A stretch of 64,000 nucleotides of DNA from Diadema antillarum (lineage: Eukaryota): NCBI RefSeq assembly GCF_040938485.1, contig NW_027270997.1:496001-560000 (forward strand), read 5' to 3'. Every line of letters starts with the position of its first letter. The stretch's first letter is position 1. The position numbers were made by a program, and so were the translations under genes. The notes under the pieces are model-generated. The model saw nothing but the letters and a program-made list of their open reading frames with translations, made no database searches and was not told the origin of the DNA. Below, one piece after another: positions 40,298 through 54,131 of the stretch.

Positions 40298-41097
40298 TTA
40301 GGGCTAATCTCCCCATCGTTTTAACTGTTTCTGCAGGCCTTCAATTAGGACATTCATAGTCCTAGATGATTCAACAAACAAAATAAACCAGTCACAGAAA
40401 GAAGGCCTAGTTTTCTGTCATTGTAGAAGTGAGCACTAAGGAATGACTTAACTTTGATGCAGTACATATGATCTCTTCCATTCATTGTCTCATTATTCTG
40501 CACAGATAAGGCAATATCTTTCACCCTTTTTACTACAGGATAGTGAATTCCTCATACATTTTGCAAAGGACCGGACAGGTTACCATTGGCAACTGGTTAA
40601 TGCACATGGAATGTCTAAATCCCCCCCCCCCATAACACTTCCTACAGAGCGCTCTCGTTCCCTAGTCCAACCGCAGCACAATACATCTCCATCGCTGATG
40701 TGTGATCTCGTACTGAACAGTTGTGAGTTCTCAATCACACGACACGTTAAGACAAACAAGTCAAAATGAGTGTGATTATTTATATTTGGAGGAGATAGAA
40801 GCCAGCCTGGTCCATTGAGGCCATTAACAACCTAAGCCTATCTACACTGTGTTTAAGTGATGAGATAACCCACTATGAATGGTAACAGAAGCTATTTGCA
40901 GTCACACGTAATTGTACGTCATGCACTTGGAAAATTGGCCCTGCAGTCATACTGTCAGATCAAGCTCATCTAATTCTGCGATGTGATAATGCACATATCC
41001 TTTCTGTTGTGTGGTATCAAACCATTTCTATTCATTTCAAACCCTGTCTCCCCCACCACCCAGATTTATCAAAGGTAAAATGTCTGTTTAGAACATA

Positions 41098-41278
41098 CAG
41101 TCGACCTTGCTTTAAATGAGTCGACCTCACATAAGTCGAAAAATCACCTCGGTCAACGGTCTTTTTAAGTCCTCTTCTCTTTATATTCTATTGATTTGAT
41201 TCCCTCATACATCAAATTTTCTTGGAGTCAAAACTATTTCTTCAGTCCACATAAATTCGATTTAGGCAAGGTTGACTG
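41098..41278. mobile_element. Tc1/pogo-like MITE
   Basis: ta|cagtcgaccttgc ... gcaaggttgactg|tg. CAGT termini; TA target intact on the left only. Confidence 0.65.
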
Positions 41279-42105
41279 TGCTTTCATCTTATTCACAAGG
41301 AATAGCAACACAGCTATATACAGTCGTAGCAGTATTCTATTTCATACCTACTGTACCACAACTATCACATCACTATAAACATGATCACATCCTTCAAAAA
41401 GCCAAAACTGCATTTTAGTACTACTCTCTCTCTACATCCTGTGTAGCTTAAACTCTATGTGACCCGCTACAACAAAAGGATCTGAAAGTCAAGGGAGGAC
41501 AGTTTTCTGAAAATGGCATGACATTATTCCCTTACTCTTTTACTTTCATTTCATATATAGCACAACTCATAAAAGTACTCGGTTGCGGAGATATTGATGA
41601 TTGTATTAGCGCATGTCAAGTGGTTGAGGAAATCAGAGTTTCGAGAAAAACGGCTTCAAAGTTTTGCTTCCGACACTATCGGAAAATCATGGCCTAGAAA
41701 AACGCTGATTTCTTGCCTTTCCTTCGATCATTTAGCTTCAAAATTTCAGCAGATGATAGACAAAACATTAGCCTACAAAATGATGGCAACAACAGAAATT
41801 CGATTGTTTTGACCAATTTTGATGATATGACTTCAAACTCAATTTTCTCGGCTTAGCCGTCAGCGACTTTAGGATCCTTTTGTTGTAGCGGGTCACTTAT
41901 TTGTTTGCATAAATATCTTTCTGTCCCTTAATTCCAGATGTTTACTGTCTCTCCCGCTCTTTCCCCCTCTCTCTTTTTCTCTCTCTCTCTCTTTCTCTTC
42001 CTAGCTCTGCATGTATCTCGATCATATATTTCATCCTGTCCAATACAGCTGGCAAGATGCACATTTTATTAAACGTGGCAGTTGCAACTGGCGGGGACCT
42101 CATAC

Positions 42106-42480
42106 CTTGCAGTCTCGCGTATCAGATCGGATTGAATTTGGCCATTGAGGTGGCACATACTTGACAGCCTTAAGCACTATCTTCAGCAGGACTATAATCT
42201 TCCCCTGTGGCAAAGTACCTAGCAACAATGGAGGAATACCAAGAAACTGCTAAGCCCCTGGGAAGCTCTTCCAGGAAAACTGGTGGAGATGCGGTTGCCG
42301 TGGCCACAGAACGTCCTCCCAGTTGTCCTCCACACCTGCTCCTCTCTCTACCCACAACTTCGCTGTACATCCTTCCATTGATCAGATCTGATAAATCTTG
42401 ACTGATCCAAAGCGCGTGAAATGTGTCAGTGTACTACATCAAAATTTGTCGCTGTACCATTTAAAGTGTTTTCCCTTGGA
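42106..42480 (-). other. Candidate alternative 5' exon of the smoothelin gene
   Basis: GC-rich unique island ending in donor GCAAG|gtatga, with a second donor AA|gtatgt near 42160. The 5' boundary is unknown. Confidence 0.3.
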
Positions 42481-45400
42481 GTGGCTCATGCATCAGAATT
42501 CTGCCAGTTTCCCCAGATGAAAATGAAAATGTATGAATCAAAATTATAATCTCCCCTCACATCTGTAGTATAGTATCAATTTATGAGAAGCATCATTAGG
42601 AGTCACACACTGTGCCAAAAGTACAACTTGCTTGCTGTATTCCTGATTTCGGACCTCACAAGTCCTGCAAAACTTCAGCATTTGGGGGAAAGGGGACTGC
42701 TAATTCTAAATGCAGTCTCAAAAAGAGTTTTGGAGATGATGCCTGCTGTTCTTTTCTATATGACACCAAAGTACGAGAACTCGTTCAGCCCATAGTCCAA
42801 TAGGACTGGATGGGAAAGTACCATTCACCTCAAAAAATAAGTTACAATCCTTCACAAGAGACTAAACCAGTAAAAACTACACTGCATCTATAAACTTCCT
42901 GACCAGTGCAATGATTACATACTTTGTTCTCTAAAGATGAATGAACTCTGAATAAATAAACAAACAAACAAGATAAATAAAGTCTGCCCACACTCTGCTG
43001 CTGACCTAAATATATTCCACCTCCTTGAATATCTCTCTTAAAACACCTTCACCTATTCATCACAAGAGAGTAAGCAAAGGATAAACCAGAATGGCCCCAC
43101 GAGTATTCGGCAGACAAGGATGACAACAGCATGCCATCAATCAGCGAGATGACATGGCTGCTTGCAGGGGAGGAACGTCTTTCTAGAGTAGCTGGGACTG
43201 AACCAATTCCAGAGTGACTTGACTGTGTGCTGTAAATGACTCAGAATGAACTAAAAAGGTATTCAAAGTCCTCTGCTCATTCTTGTTATCATTTCTGCCT
43301 TTTTATCTGACTGTTTATGTTTTGTTTTGTTTTTTGGTGCCAAGTGATTTGTGAAAGAATCAAGAATCACTGAGCCATAGGTTTTTGTTAGCTTTATGTT
43401 GAAAGTAATGCTCATTCAGATCATAATTTGAGTCTGGCAGATTGCAAAAATAACTTCTTCTTTATTTTTTTCTGAATCACACTAATCAAACCCGAACTCA
43501 GACATCCAAATAATCTAATCAAATTTATCATCTACATCCTAACTCTTACAACAACAAAAAAGTTTAAAGTGGAAACAAGAAAAAAAATCAACTCTTTACC
43601 CAAGCTTTTGCAAAAGTCAAGCTATTTTCTCCTGTACAAAAAGCATACTGCAATTTGGCAATTTGGGGGCAATGCATTTGATGGTACACTGTAAATACCA
43701 CAGCTTACCTGCTGCTTAAGACAAACCTGACATCTAACCAGGTTGTGTATCAAAAAACAAATTCTCTTGAATGGTCCCCTGTAACAGTATTATGCTTACT
43801 GTAGTTTGTCGCCCTCTGGCCTTTACACACCAAACAAAAGCTAGACAAGAACTCAACAGTCATCTCTTCACTTGATAATGACTGGAACCAAGTCTCCCAG
43901 GAAAAGAAGCAAAAGTGTCATTTGGATGGCTAGTCTTCTCTTTACTCTGTTTAATTATCCTTTTGTCTCTCTATGGCATAATTAGCTGTATCATTCATTT
44001 GTTTGTCTATTCAGTTATTTGTTTTGGCGTCTTTGTGTGTTTTTTCACATATTAATCTCTTTCTCAATTATTCAGGCATTTCTTTTATTCACTTATCAAT
44101 CAATCTACATTATACATACATATTTTTATAAAGGAAGATTTGTGATTGATATGCAAATAATAAGGATATCATGCATATATGTGCATGATCCTTGACTATT
44201 TCCCATCTATCTATGGATGAATGAGAAGAATTTACATCAGTCTATTTCCCATCTATGTTTGCCCTTGTGATCGGGGCATGGATATAGTAAAGGTGAATCA
44301 TGGATGTTAAAGCCAAGGCCTTAATGGCTGACATTTGGTCGCGAAAGGTACAGCCATTCCCGTCCGTCCGTCTTCAGACCCGGGCCTGTGTCCGGAATCC
44401 AAGGCATGCATCTCCTTTGCACACGGCACCTTGACATGTGCGGGACGTGTGCAAAACAGAAGAAGAAGAAGGGGAAAAAGAAGTAGTAGTCTCTGCTTTA
44501 AGGTAAAGATTTGCCCTGATGTTAAAAAATGTGCGGGGGCAGTTACAGCAAGAATAGATTATATCAAAGGAGGACAAAGCTACAAATATCATCTTGAGTA
44601 AACCCAGGTGGTTACATTTCAGTTGAGTATAACAGGATAAACTAATTCACATTGTGATTCAAGTCGAAATCATCTCCCCCAAAATTCCCATCATCACTGA
44701 TGAGAGGTAGTGAGTTAGATGTACACATGTTAATGAAGATGTATAGTGTTGTTTGTGTGCAGGGTGTGAAAGAATGCTAGCTGGAGTTTTGTCTGCATGG
44801 AATACAATAATTAACTCAATGGCACGCACTGAAGAGAGGACTGGTATGTGATACATAGTAGCTCTACAGCCACCATACGCATATTATGCTTAAGTTGATT
44901 ACAGTGAGGTGTAGATGCTGAGTGCATACTCAAGCATAACATTTATTATTCACTAGAACTCATATCAACATATTCAAGTTGGTAAAGATAAAAAGTTGAA
45001 ATCAGATAAGTAAGTAGTAGGAGTGCCATCAAAATTAGACACAAAATAAAAAAAATACTAAATTTGAAAGCTTCACACTTTCACCATCTAACAATATTTG
45101 ACATCAAAACCACACATGCAAATTGGCAGCAATGATTGTGTACAGTCTAAAGAGAGACTAGCAATGTGATGACATCATCACATTTACCAAAAGATTTGAA
45201 TATGTTGTTGCTACTATTTGACAAACATCACTGATTCACGAAAATTCCACACTTTTCTTGCTTTAGTACCAATTTTAATGAAACCTCTCTTGTTTTATTT
45301 CAGCTGCAATAGAACTTTATTTTGTTACCCAACCTTCACACTTGAACGATTTCATCTTTCTTTCTTTCTTTTTTTTTTTTGGGGGGGGGGGATAATACCT

Positions 45401-46693
45401 CTGATATTACTTTGGTGACAATTGGGTTTTTCTTTTTGGTATTTGTTTTTTTTTTGCTGACAAAAGTGCATTAAAACAGTTGTTAATTGATAGTAACATA
45501 AAAGTCAACAATCATCAAGTCAGCTCTAAATCATCACAATTTATGAAAACTGTCTTATCACCAAGGTAACCAGGAATATCAACATAATTAAGTGTCAAGG
45601 TAGAGCTTCTATGGCAAGCAATAAAAAAAAAAACAGTCTGCATCATGTAGACTAACTAGTCAGAGAAGAGGTTGGGCTCTCATAACTTCAAACCTATCTC
45701 ATCCTGAGAATCAAATAGCTCCTTGCTCGGCTGTCTGTAATCCTTTCCAGAACATAAGCAAGAGTCTATTTTCGGCTCATCGTGCCTTTGTCAAACATAG
45801 AAACCTTTCCACGGCTGTATCTCATGTGGTCCACAGTGCAGTGACCTGGCATATACATGTGGAGACAGCTGGTCTGCCTGGGTTTTTATTTTGCACCCCA
45901 ATAAAGATCCAAGTCCTGAAACTTTAATGGTCATTAACAACAGCAGGTGAGACTCAGTAAGAGTTTCCCTAACATCACCTTGTGCAAAATTATCTAACTC
46001 TGCATCATAAGCACCATGAAATGAAAACTCAAACATTCGTTTTGGCATCTTCCAATATTACTAATTTCACGCTACATTTCTAAGATTCGATCATGGCATT
46101 CCAGCTATATTGCATCACAATATCAGAACCCAAAGAATACATGTTTCTGAATAATATGATACATGCTTATAAATGAAGATGCTAAGTTTCACAATTGTCT
46201 TCTTGTAAGATTGATTGACACATCTCTTATCCAATACCTCAACTGGACAAAGCAGATAGTTGTTTTGCATGAACATAGCTCTTTATGTACGATGAAATGT
46301 CAAACATTGTCAACCTTTTGATTGCTAGAGACATACAAATTACCGTAAAATAAAGAAATAGAGAAATATAGGGCCATATTCAAGTCATAATGACCTAATT
46401 TCATGATGACTGTGCGCATCTCGCTAAGCATCAGATCTTTGAGTTCAAATTTGTATCATCCATTGCAAAAAATTGTACAGAATTGATCCGCAAGTCACTC
46501 TTGCGATGCACTATTGTCTATTGTGAAGTGTAAGTCCAGTTTTGTGTTATATATGTTCTGAGTAAACGATGTGATAATTGCATGTCACTGAAGGAGTTTA
46601 CCTAATTGTATATAAAAGGGGAAAGCAGCTGCTTCACATTTGAATATCAAAATGGCATTAGTTAGCATTTCTGTAACTGCAGTGACTTAAGTA

Positions 46694-46938
46694 CTGTATA
46701 CGCTGAATATTTCGCGAGGTTTTTATTTTCATGAATTTCGCGAGTCAGGTGCTATTCGCAAAATTAAAAACATGCAAAAATATTGACTCTGATCCCGATG
46801 TGGATGTGACGTACGCATGTACATTTTTCTGTTCAGTACGAGACTCCACAATCGTGAATTTAACCACTCGCGAAATCGTCGGGAATTCCAGATTCCAGAT
46901 TCAAAAATTTAGACTCGCGAAATATATGGCGTATACAG
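46694..46938. mobile_element. TA-flanked CTGTA-terminal MITE with internal ttcgcga repeats
   Basis: ta|ctgtatacgc ... gcgtatacag|ta. Confidence 0.75.
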
Positions 46939-48037
46939 TAACTTTAAGAAATTTAGAACAAAGTGAGAAAGAATAAGCACATCTCTCCTACAATAGTCAA
47001 TCGAGTATAGTCATAACTTCCCCCATCATAATCATACTTGAGTTTGCTCTGATCTTCAATAATAATCTCACTTTGAAATCTCACTTTAATAGCCAGCGGT
47101 AGCTGCACTAATCATTTCTCTACACCTGCACATTCATCTTTTCTTTTTTTTTAACTGCTACATTCACCTGACTATACATACAAAATCAAGAATAACTAGA
47201 ATGAATCTAGGAATCTATTCTTGGGTATAACCTCCCAGAACGCCTCATCATCAATAGCCTTGGCATGTTTGAAGCCGAGTCACGAAGAGACAGTACACTA
47301 CTTAGATTGATCTAGCACACTGCTACTACCATCACCACCAGCAACAGCGTACCAGGCAGCCATGCCAGGACTCTGGGGCTGGCGAGCGTCTGGGTGGAGG
47401 GGGCGGGTAGACACAGTCTGGGGATAGGTGTCCCCCATACCATTCTTCATTAAGGTCATTGTCCATTAATAGCACTCCTAATACAGCTCTGCAAATATGA
47501 CCCATAACCACAAAACCGTAATATAGTTGTGGCAAATATTTTAGCTGTGAAAACTGCAAAATAAGTGTTGCCATAGGTGAATTGTAATCATTTAATATTT
47601 GTTGAAATTTATAGTTTGATATCTCGTCAAGTTGTGCAAATTTGTCTGTGAGTCTGAGTCTGAGGGTATCTGAAATATGGAATTTTCAGGTTGTTGTTTT
47701 ACATTATTAGATGATGTTTTCCTGTTTGAATGCCTAATCTCCTAAAAGCTTTACTACGACTTCAAAGCTTATTTTCTAAATGTGTCTTACAGGTCGCCAG
47801 CTTTCTTCACATTTTATAGCAGAACTTTATAAATAAATTCATGCAGAATATACATACCTATATAATCTATATGATAAACATTTATCTAATAGATGATGAC
47901 CTCATATAAAAAACCTTGAAAATAAAATGGTGTTTATCTGTTTTTGCATTCAAATTCTTTATATAAATTATATATCTTACAAAGCTATCAGTCTGATTAA
48001 CATTAGAACAGTGTAGAATCCCCCAAACTGCTTTTAA

Positions 48038-48122
48038 CCTGTTGAAGACAAGCTGATTTTGCTATAACATGCATTTCCTATAGACCCAAGCCCAAGTATA
48101 CTTGGGACTCATCTTCAACGGG
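48038..48122. mobile_element. 85-bp piggyBac-like MITE, same family as 36874
   Basis: ttaa|cctgttgaagac ... catcttcaacggg|ttaa. Shares the internal gattttgct...cc(c/t)atagac...gggact core. Confidence 0.75.
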
Positions 48123-51100
48123 TTAAAACTTCAATTGAAATTGAAAATTACTTCCTCACGCTTATATGATGACAGGTTATGATTGACTCTTATCTACATT
48201 CCTTCTCACTTAACCTAGCAAACAGGTATGACATATTTCACTACTTTCAAATGAAAAAGATATTTCCTCGCAAGCACTGAATTTTTCTACCATCTAAATA
48301 TGTTTCATGTTATGGTTTATGCATCCGATTTGCACCCCCCCCCCCCCCCTTGGTGGATCATAACTCTCTCCTTTTTTTTTTTCCTTCGTTGGCATTCCTG
48401 AATACATGAATACATCAAGCATCTGTGATTCAGAGTTATGTCCAAGTACGATCCAAGGCCTGGGAGAGAGATAATCATTATCTTCCTGCCGAGTCACCCT
48501 CCAATTGCCTCTTGGCATCCTAAGAACATCTTTAAAGACAATGGCTAAGTACAGGTATATATACACAAGCAGACAAACAGACAGACATACACACAGACTA
48601 AAGACACATACATTCTCTTTAGAGGCTTCAGCTGGGGATAGAATAGTTTGCTTTGAGTTTAAGGAAGTAAACCCAGCAAAATCCATTAAATGTTTCTTTA
48701 ATAAAAGGATATTTTTCTTTGTTCCAATAGTTGACTAGTCAAAATTGAAAATCATTAAAAAATGATATCAAAATTCACTTTAGCAATAAAGAGATTAGGT
48801 TTAAAGTAGCATATGTGCATATACAGCAATACAATACACAGCCATTGAGGATATGTGTAAACATTTTTGAATTTCCCCATTTGAATTGTATGAGGTACTA
48901 TTTGCCTAAATGCATGCACTAAATATGCAGAAAAAGCAGGTGCATTATATACCACTAGGGTACCCCTAGGGCCTAAAGCGAACACTTTTCTATTTGTTTT
49001 ATTATACCCTGAACACTATAGGCACATCTTCAGTGTGAAATGTTTACCCGGTTCCCTGGAGTAAAACAATACAATATCCTCAATTGAAGCCCATGACAAG
49101 AACACACAGATGCACACACATAAAAACACATGAACACATACACCCATATAAGTTGCGTGCAGCTCATAGAAGCTTGATACGGTATCAAACCATAAAATCC
49201 CTTTTGAGTTAATTTTTAGTACACCATAATACACCTTATGGCCCTTTGAAATGTAAAAATGTAGTATGATATTCCATTCACAGCCATTAACATGGTGACA
49301 TCCAGCAAACTTTCAGGATCTGTAGCTAATACTGCAGTTGGGAGANNNNNNNNNNNNNNNNNNNNNNNNNNNNNNNNNNNNNNNNNNNNNNNNNNNNNNN
49401 NNNNNNNNNNNNNNNNNNNNNNNNNNNNNNNNNNNNNNNNNNNNNNNNNNNNNNNNNNNNNNNNNNNNNNNNNNNNNNNNNNNNNNNNNNNNNNNNNNNN
49501 NNNNNNNNNNNNNNNNNNNNNNNNNNNNNNNNNNNNNNNNNNNNNNNNNNNNNNNNNNNNNNNNNNNNNNNNNNNNNNNNNNNNNNNNNNNNNNNNNNNN
49601 NNNNNNNNNNNNNNNNNNNNNNNNNNNNNNNNNNNNNNNNNNNNNNNNNNNNNNNNNNNNNNNNNNNNNNNNNNNNNNNNNNNNNNNNNNNNNNNNNNNN
49701 NNNTTAGCTTGATGGGTGGATGAATGATTATATAGATGCATTCATAAATAGATAAGCAGATTAATACATCTGTAATGCACTATTTCCATCTGAAACATGA
49801 TAATGCATAGNNNNNNNNNNNNNNNNNNNNNNNNNNNNNNNNNNNNNNNNNNNNNNNNNNNNNNNNNNNNNNNNNNNNNNNNNNNNNNNNNNNNNNNNNN
49901 NNNNNNNNNNNNNNNNNNNNNNNNNNNNNNNNNNNNNNNNNNNNNNNNNNNNNNNNNNNNNNNTCTCTCTCCCTATTTACCAAACTCTCTAGTAGAAAAC
50001 AACAAAAGGGGATGGATAAAGGAGCTAGGGCAGGAACACTCATACCCCTGCCCCTTTCCCTTCCCAAGCCGTTGCTGTATATACCAACATCACAGCTTGC
50101 CTGATCTGTCAGACATGTGTGAAGGGTGCATTCCAGTGCTCCCTGGCTTTGAGGCTGTGGCATACCGCTGATGCCGATACATACACACACACACATGCAT
50201 GCACACACAGTAACACCCCTTGCAGTTTCACCGGTATCACTGGGGGCACGACTTGGTAGTTGTTAGGGCAGTAACATCCCACCCATAGGTCTTACGACCA
50301 GGCATTCCCACCACCACATCGCCGTCCCCAAACAACGTCCAGACCAACAAAAGCGGCGGCACTCCACTCCATTGCTAAATGGGCTGGATGTGTAAAGATG
50401 GCTTAGCTGATGAACTTTCCGTCTGTTTAGGCTGTGCTTAACTTTGATAAATGTTCTCAATCACTGACATGAGCATGAGTGCTCGGAAAGGTATTTGCAC
50501 AACATGTTATATGGAAACATGTGGTTAGTAAGCCTCAAAGATTTCAATGAATCTTTTAACCTTGTTTCTTCTCCAAACATTTTCTGACTTGAATTCTCTG
50601 TTCCTTTTATCATCTGCATCTCTCCATGACTAAAACATTAAAGGCCCGGCTATTACATACCTATGTAAAATTAGTTTTAGAAAAAATTACAATTGAGGTG
50701 ATTTGAATTAATCTGAATTGACTAAAATGCACTTCCTGTCTCTCTACAGTAAATCTCTTGCTGCTTTCTATCCAAGAACATTTGGCTTTTTCAAGGCTAA
50801 TAGGGAAGGCTGTTATGAGTGTTACATTACCTATCCACACATTTTCAAATTGGCATTAATGAGAATAGATTCAGGTGAACAGAACAGTAGAAACTGTATC
50901 AAAATTAGACTTAAAGTGAAAACGTATTTCATATTTTCACACATTTTCTTGCAATAATGATGTCAGTTGCAACTACATTTACACATTAGAGGAAGTGATG
51001 ATGTCATTACAATGCAAGTTACCCACTGCGCTGTACACAAATGTGAATCTTCAAAAAAAATGTCTTCTTCGTCATAAAATGAATTAAAAATAACTCATAT

Positions 51101-51878
51101 TCTCTGCATCAATTTGTTGAAATCTTCTGCCAGTGAATATAACATTGACTTTCAGGAGGGAAAGCAGAGTAAGTATTGCTATTAACAAAAAGCATGATTT
51201 ATATCATCATGGTTTATTTCTAATAAACTAATAGGACATCAATCATTCCCTCATCTAATTTCAATGTCCATATATCAGAAAAGAGTAAAAACAATATGTG
51301 ATGGGGCAGCAGACCATATTGAAAACCTTAGACTGACCACACAAGATTCCTCTTTCTCTCCCCTTCTCTCCATCTCTCACTCTGTTTCTCTCTTTTTTTT
51401 GTCTGTCTACTTATCCTACTATCTATCTATCCCTTCATCCATATATCTATCGTTCCATTCNNNNNNNNNNNNNNNNNNNNNNNNNNNNNNNNNNNNNNNN
51501 NNNNNNNNNNNNNNNNNNNNNNNNNNNNNNNNNNNNNNNNNNNNNNNNNNNNNNNNNNNNNNNNNNNNNNNNNNNNNNNNNNNNNNNNNNNNNNNNNNNN
51601 NNNNNNNNNNNNNNNNNNNNNNNNNNNNNNNNNNNNNNNNNNNNNNNNNNNNNNNNNNNNNTATATCTATAGGTTTACCTATCTATCAATATGTATATGC
51701 ACAGATGTACACACATACATACAAAATATCACTCTATTTAACTGCCTCTCTCTTCCCTTTTTATCTTCTCTCGGCCATATCCTCTTCATTTCTCATCTAG
51801 CTCTCCTTATGCCAAACTCTCTTTGAATTTGCCCTTTCTTCCATTCTTTTCTACCCTCAAACTCATCTTGTGAAATAC

Positions 51879-52170
51879 CTCATTAGGACCACGGGTCTTT
51901 CAGGTCCCCCGTTTCTCTCCAAGCTCCGGTTAATGACATCCCACAACCCATCCCCGACCACATGGGACCATCACCTCGGACCCGCCACCTTCCCCCCTCC
52001 TACGCCAGCCGCCGGGGCACAATGATGTCAAGATTGACGTCAATTCACACATACGCTTCACCGTCGCTGGCGCCACATCGGCCGAGAGTCGCCATGGCGA
52101 TCCATGGGAAACACCACAACCACAGCATCATCATCTACAAAACTCGAAGGATAACTGCCCCTCAAATATA
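51879..52170 (-). other. CpG-rich island; candidate alternative non-coding 5' exon or enhancer
   Basis: Donor GAG|gtattt after 51879 and a palindromic CRE ttgacgtcaa near 52036-52045. No frame joins in phase with exon 38863. Confidence 0.3.
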
Positions 52171-52359
52171 AAGTTCTCACTACAAATGGGTCCTATCAAG
52201 CTTTATTTTTATGGTCACAAGCCGGCAATGAGTCATATGATATGGAAAGTTCCCACTGGTAAAATGGGGACTATTGTGGTATAAACACACCGATTTTCTA
52301 CCACTGGTGTTGTCAGAATCATTCTTCAAAATGCGTAAATCGAGAATGTGATCACTAAC

Positions 52360-52541
52360 ACAGGGCACGCCACTAGGTGGTCGAGGCAACTAAAGACTGA
52401 TGTGGGCCACCAAATTTTGAAAAACAGCTGTCTTTTGGTGGCCTGATCAGGTAACTCAGATTTAAAGTGAATTGTTATGCAATTTTGGGCCACTTCATTT
52501 CTTTTTCGGGCCACCAAAAAAATAGTTAGTGTCAAGCCAGG
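52360..52541. mobile_element. Second copy of the GGGCCACCAAA MITE family
   Basis: Termini cagggcacgccactag ... gttagtgtcaagccagg. Flanks ACTAACA / ACTAATA match at 6 of 7. Same internal motifs as the 8346 copy. Confidence 0.65.
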
Positions 52542-53596
52542 ACTAATATATATCTATACTTTTTCCAGCAAAGATATCATGGAGGCAAATAGATAAAACA
52601 CATTCGGAGGAAATGAATCTATATCTACCGTAGATCTTTGAATTCATTACTTGATTTGCATTGTACCACATTACCATCCTTTGTGGCATAATTATTAGGA
52701 TTTACTGGAAGCTGCTGCTATGTGGTTAAAACACATCAGTACTTTTTTTTTTCTAGGCTCATTAGGTCAAAATTAGTGCATACCATAAAACTAAATTTGC
52801 AACAATTGCAACTACTTCAATTAAAAAGTGCAGAAATCTTCCTTTTTTCTACAGTTTGTCTAATTATATTTCTGTTTTTCATTACAGTGACTGCTCTTTG
52901 TACAAATAAAAAAGTTACTACTTTCTTATATATATTCTTTAAAGTTTTGCTAGAACCTACTGAATTGTCACGTTCAAATTCAAATTCAAATGATTTTATT
53001 TCCACATAAAGTAATACAAAGCAATGTACATAACGCTTACATGAGTACATAATATTTTTAGGAACTTTGAATCACATAAGTTTCAACTAAACATGGATAC
53101 AATTATAATGATATCAACTTTGTTTTATATCAATAAACAAGTAAGCAATGCAATTCTATTTTGTAACTCTATATGGAAAAGAGGAATTCACAAGAGAAGC
53201 ATAGCTTGTAAATTTTGTGAATTACTCTAGAAGATGAGGGCATCTCAAGATCAACCAGGGACTCCATGTATGAAAATGCTGATATCATGACGTCAGGTGA
53301 AACAAACAGAAAGAAAGGACTATGACAGGGACAAGAAGTCATTTCTGGAGACACTGTATCATACACAGTAGTTTTGATATGTTCATGACAGGAATATTGT
53401 TACCTGAGTTAGAGGATCAAAATTTGAGCTCTGTAAATATAATCTAAACAATTTTTAAATATTGAGAAATTTAAAAATCCATCTTCCAATGATACATTAC
53501 AACAAACAGCTGACTTCAAAATTTTCCATCCCTTCAAGATTAGATTTTGATAAAAGAAATAGAAGAAATATTCACTTTTCTCCAGCTCTCTCTCTT

Positions 53597-54131
53597 TCTT
53601 TCTAGACATTAGCAGTGGCCAAGTGGCTAAGGTAGCCCAGGGCCACCAGAAATAGATGTCAGGCCACCAACTTTTTTCTGTTTATAGAAATTTTATGTTT
53701 CAGTGGCCCAATTAGGCCACCACAAATTTTGTGAATGTGAACATTAAATTGTGAGTGTGTACCATATTTTAACACGTTTAATCTAATGCGTCTAATGAAA
53801 TAATTTCATGAATATTTGGTGTCATGAAAAATCACATTCATCAATTCCATTAAATGTTTTTTTTTTTCACATTATTTCAGTCTTAATGGGTTTTTCCTAA
53901 AATTTTTACTTCTTAGTCACAGTATGTGATTTTTGAAACACTTTTTCATACCTTGCAAATCTTCAAATGTTTATCACAGTTGACTGTATATCAATTTTTA
54001 TAGAATGACTTAATTTGTAATGTTTTTCTTTACTTCTTCAAACCACCAAATTTCATGGTCGGGCCACCAAGGGATGAAATTTGGTGATTTTCATTTGGGC
54101 CACCAAAAACAAAAGTTAGTGTTGAGCCTTG
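53597..54131. mobile_element. Longer, degraded copy of the GGGCCACCAAA family
   Basis: Multiple ggccaccaaa motifs. Right end gttagtgttgagccttg matches the family TIR. Left end is degraded and its boundary approximate. Confidence 0.6.

Larger units (their letters stand above)
1347..51661. other. Six assembly gaps (N runs): 1347-1542, 8967-9207, 39793-39933, 49346-49703, 49811-49963, 51461-51661
   Basis: Directly visible. Small exons could be hidden inside them. Confidence 0.98.

Noticed and set aside
44335-44470. Possible coding exon (EMHALDSGHRPGSEDGRTGMA) extending smoothelin
   Set aside because: The donor is weak (gct|gtacct), the acceptor is unclear, and there is no family similarity.
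1304-51800. Long ORFs in the track that cross N runs or microsatellites (1304, 8956, 39740, 49292-49797, 51264)
   Set aside because: Their length comes from X residues or simple repeats.
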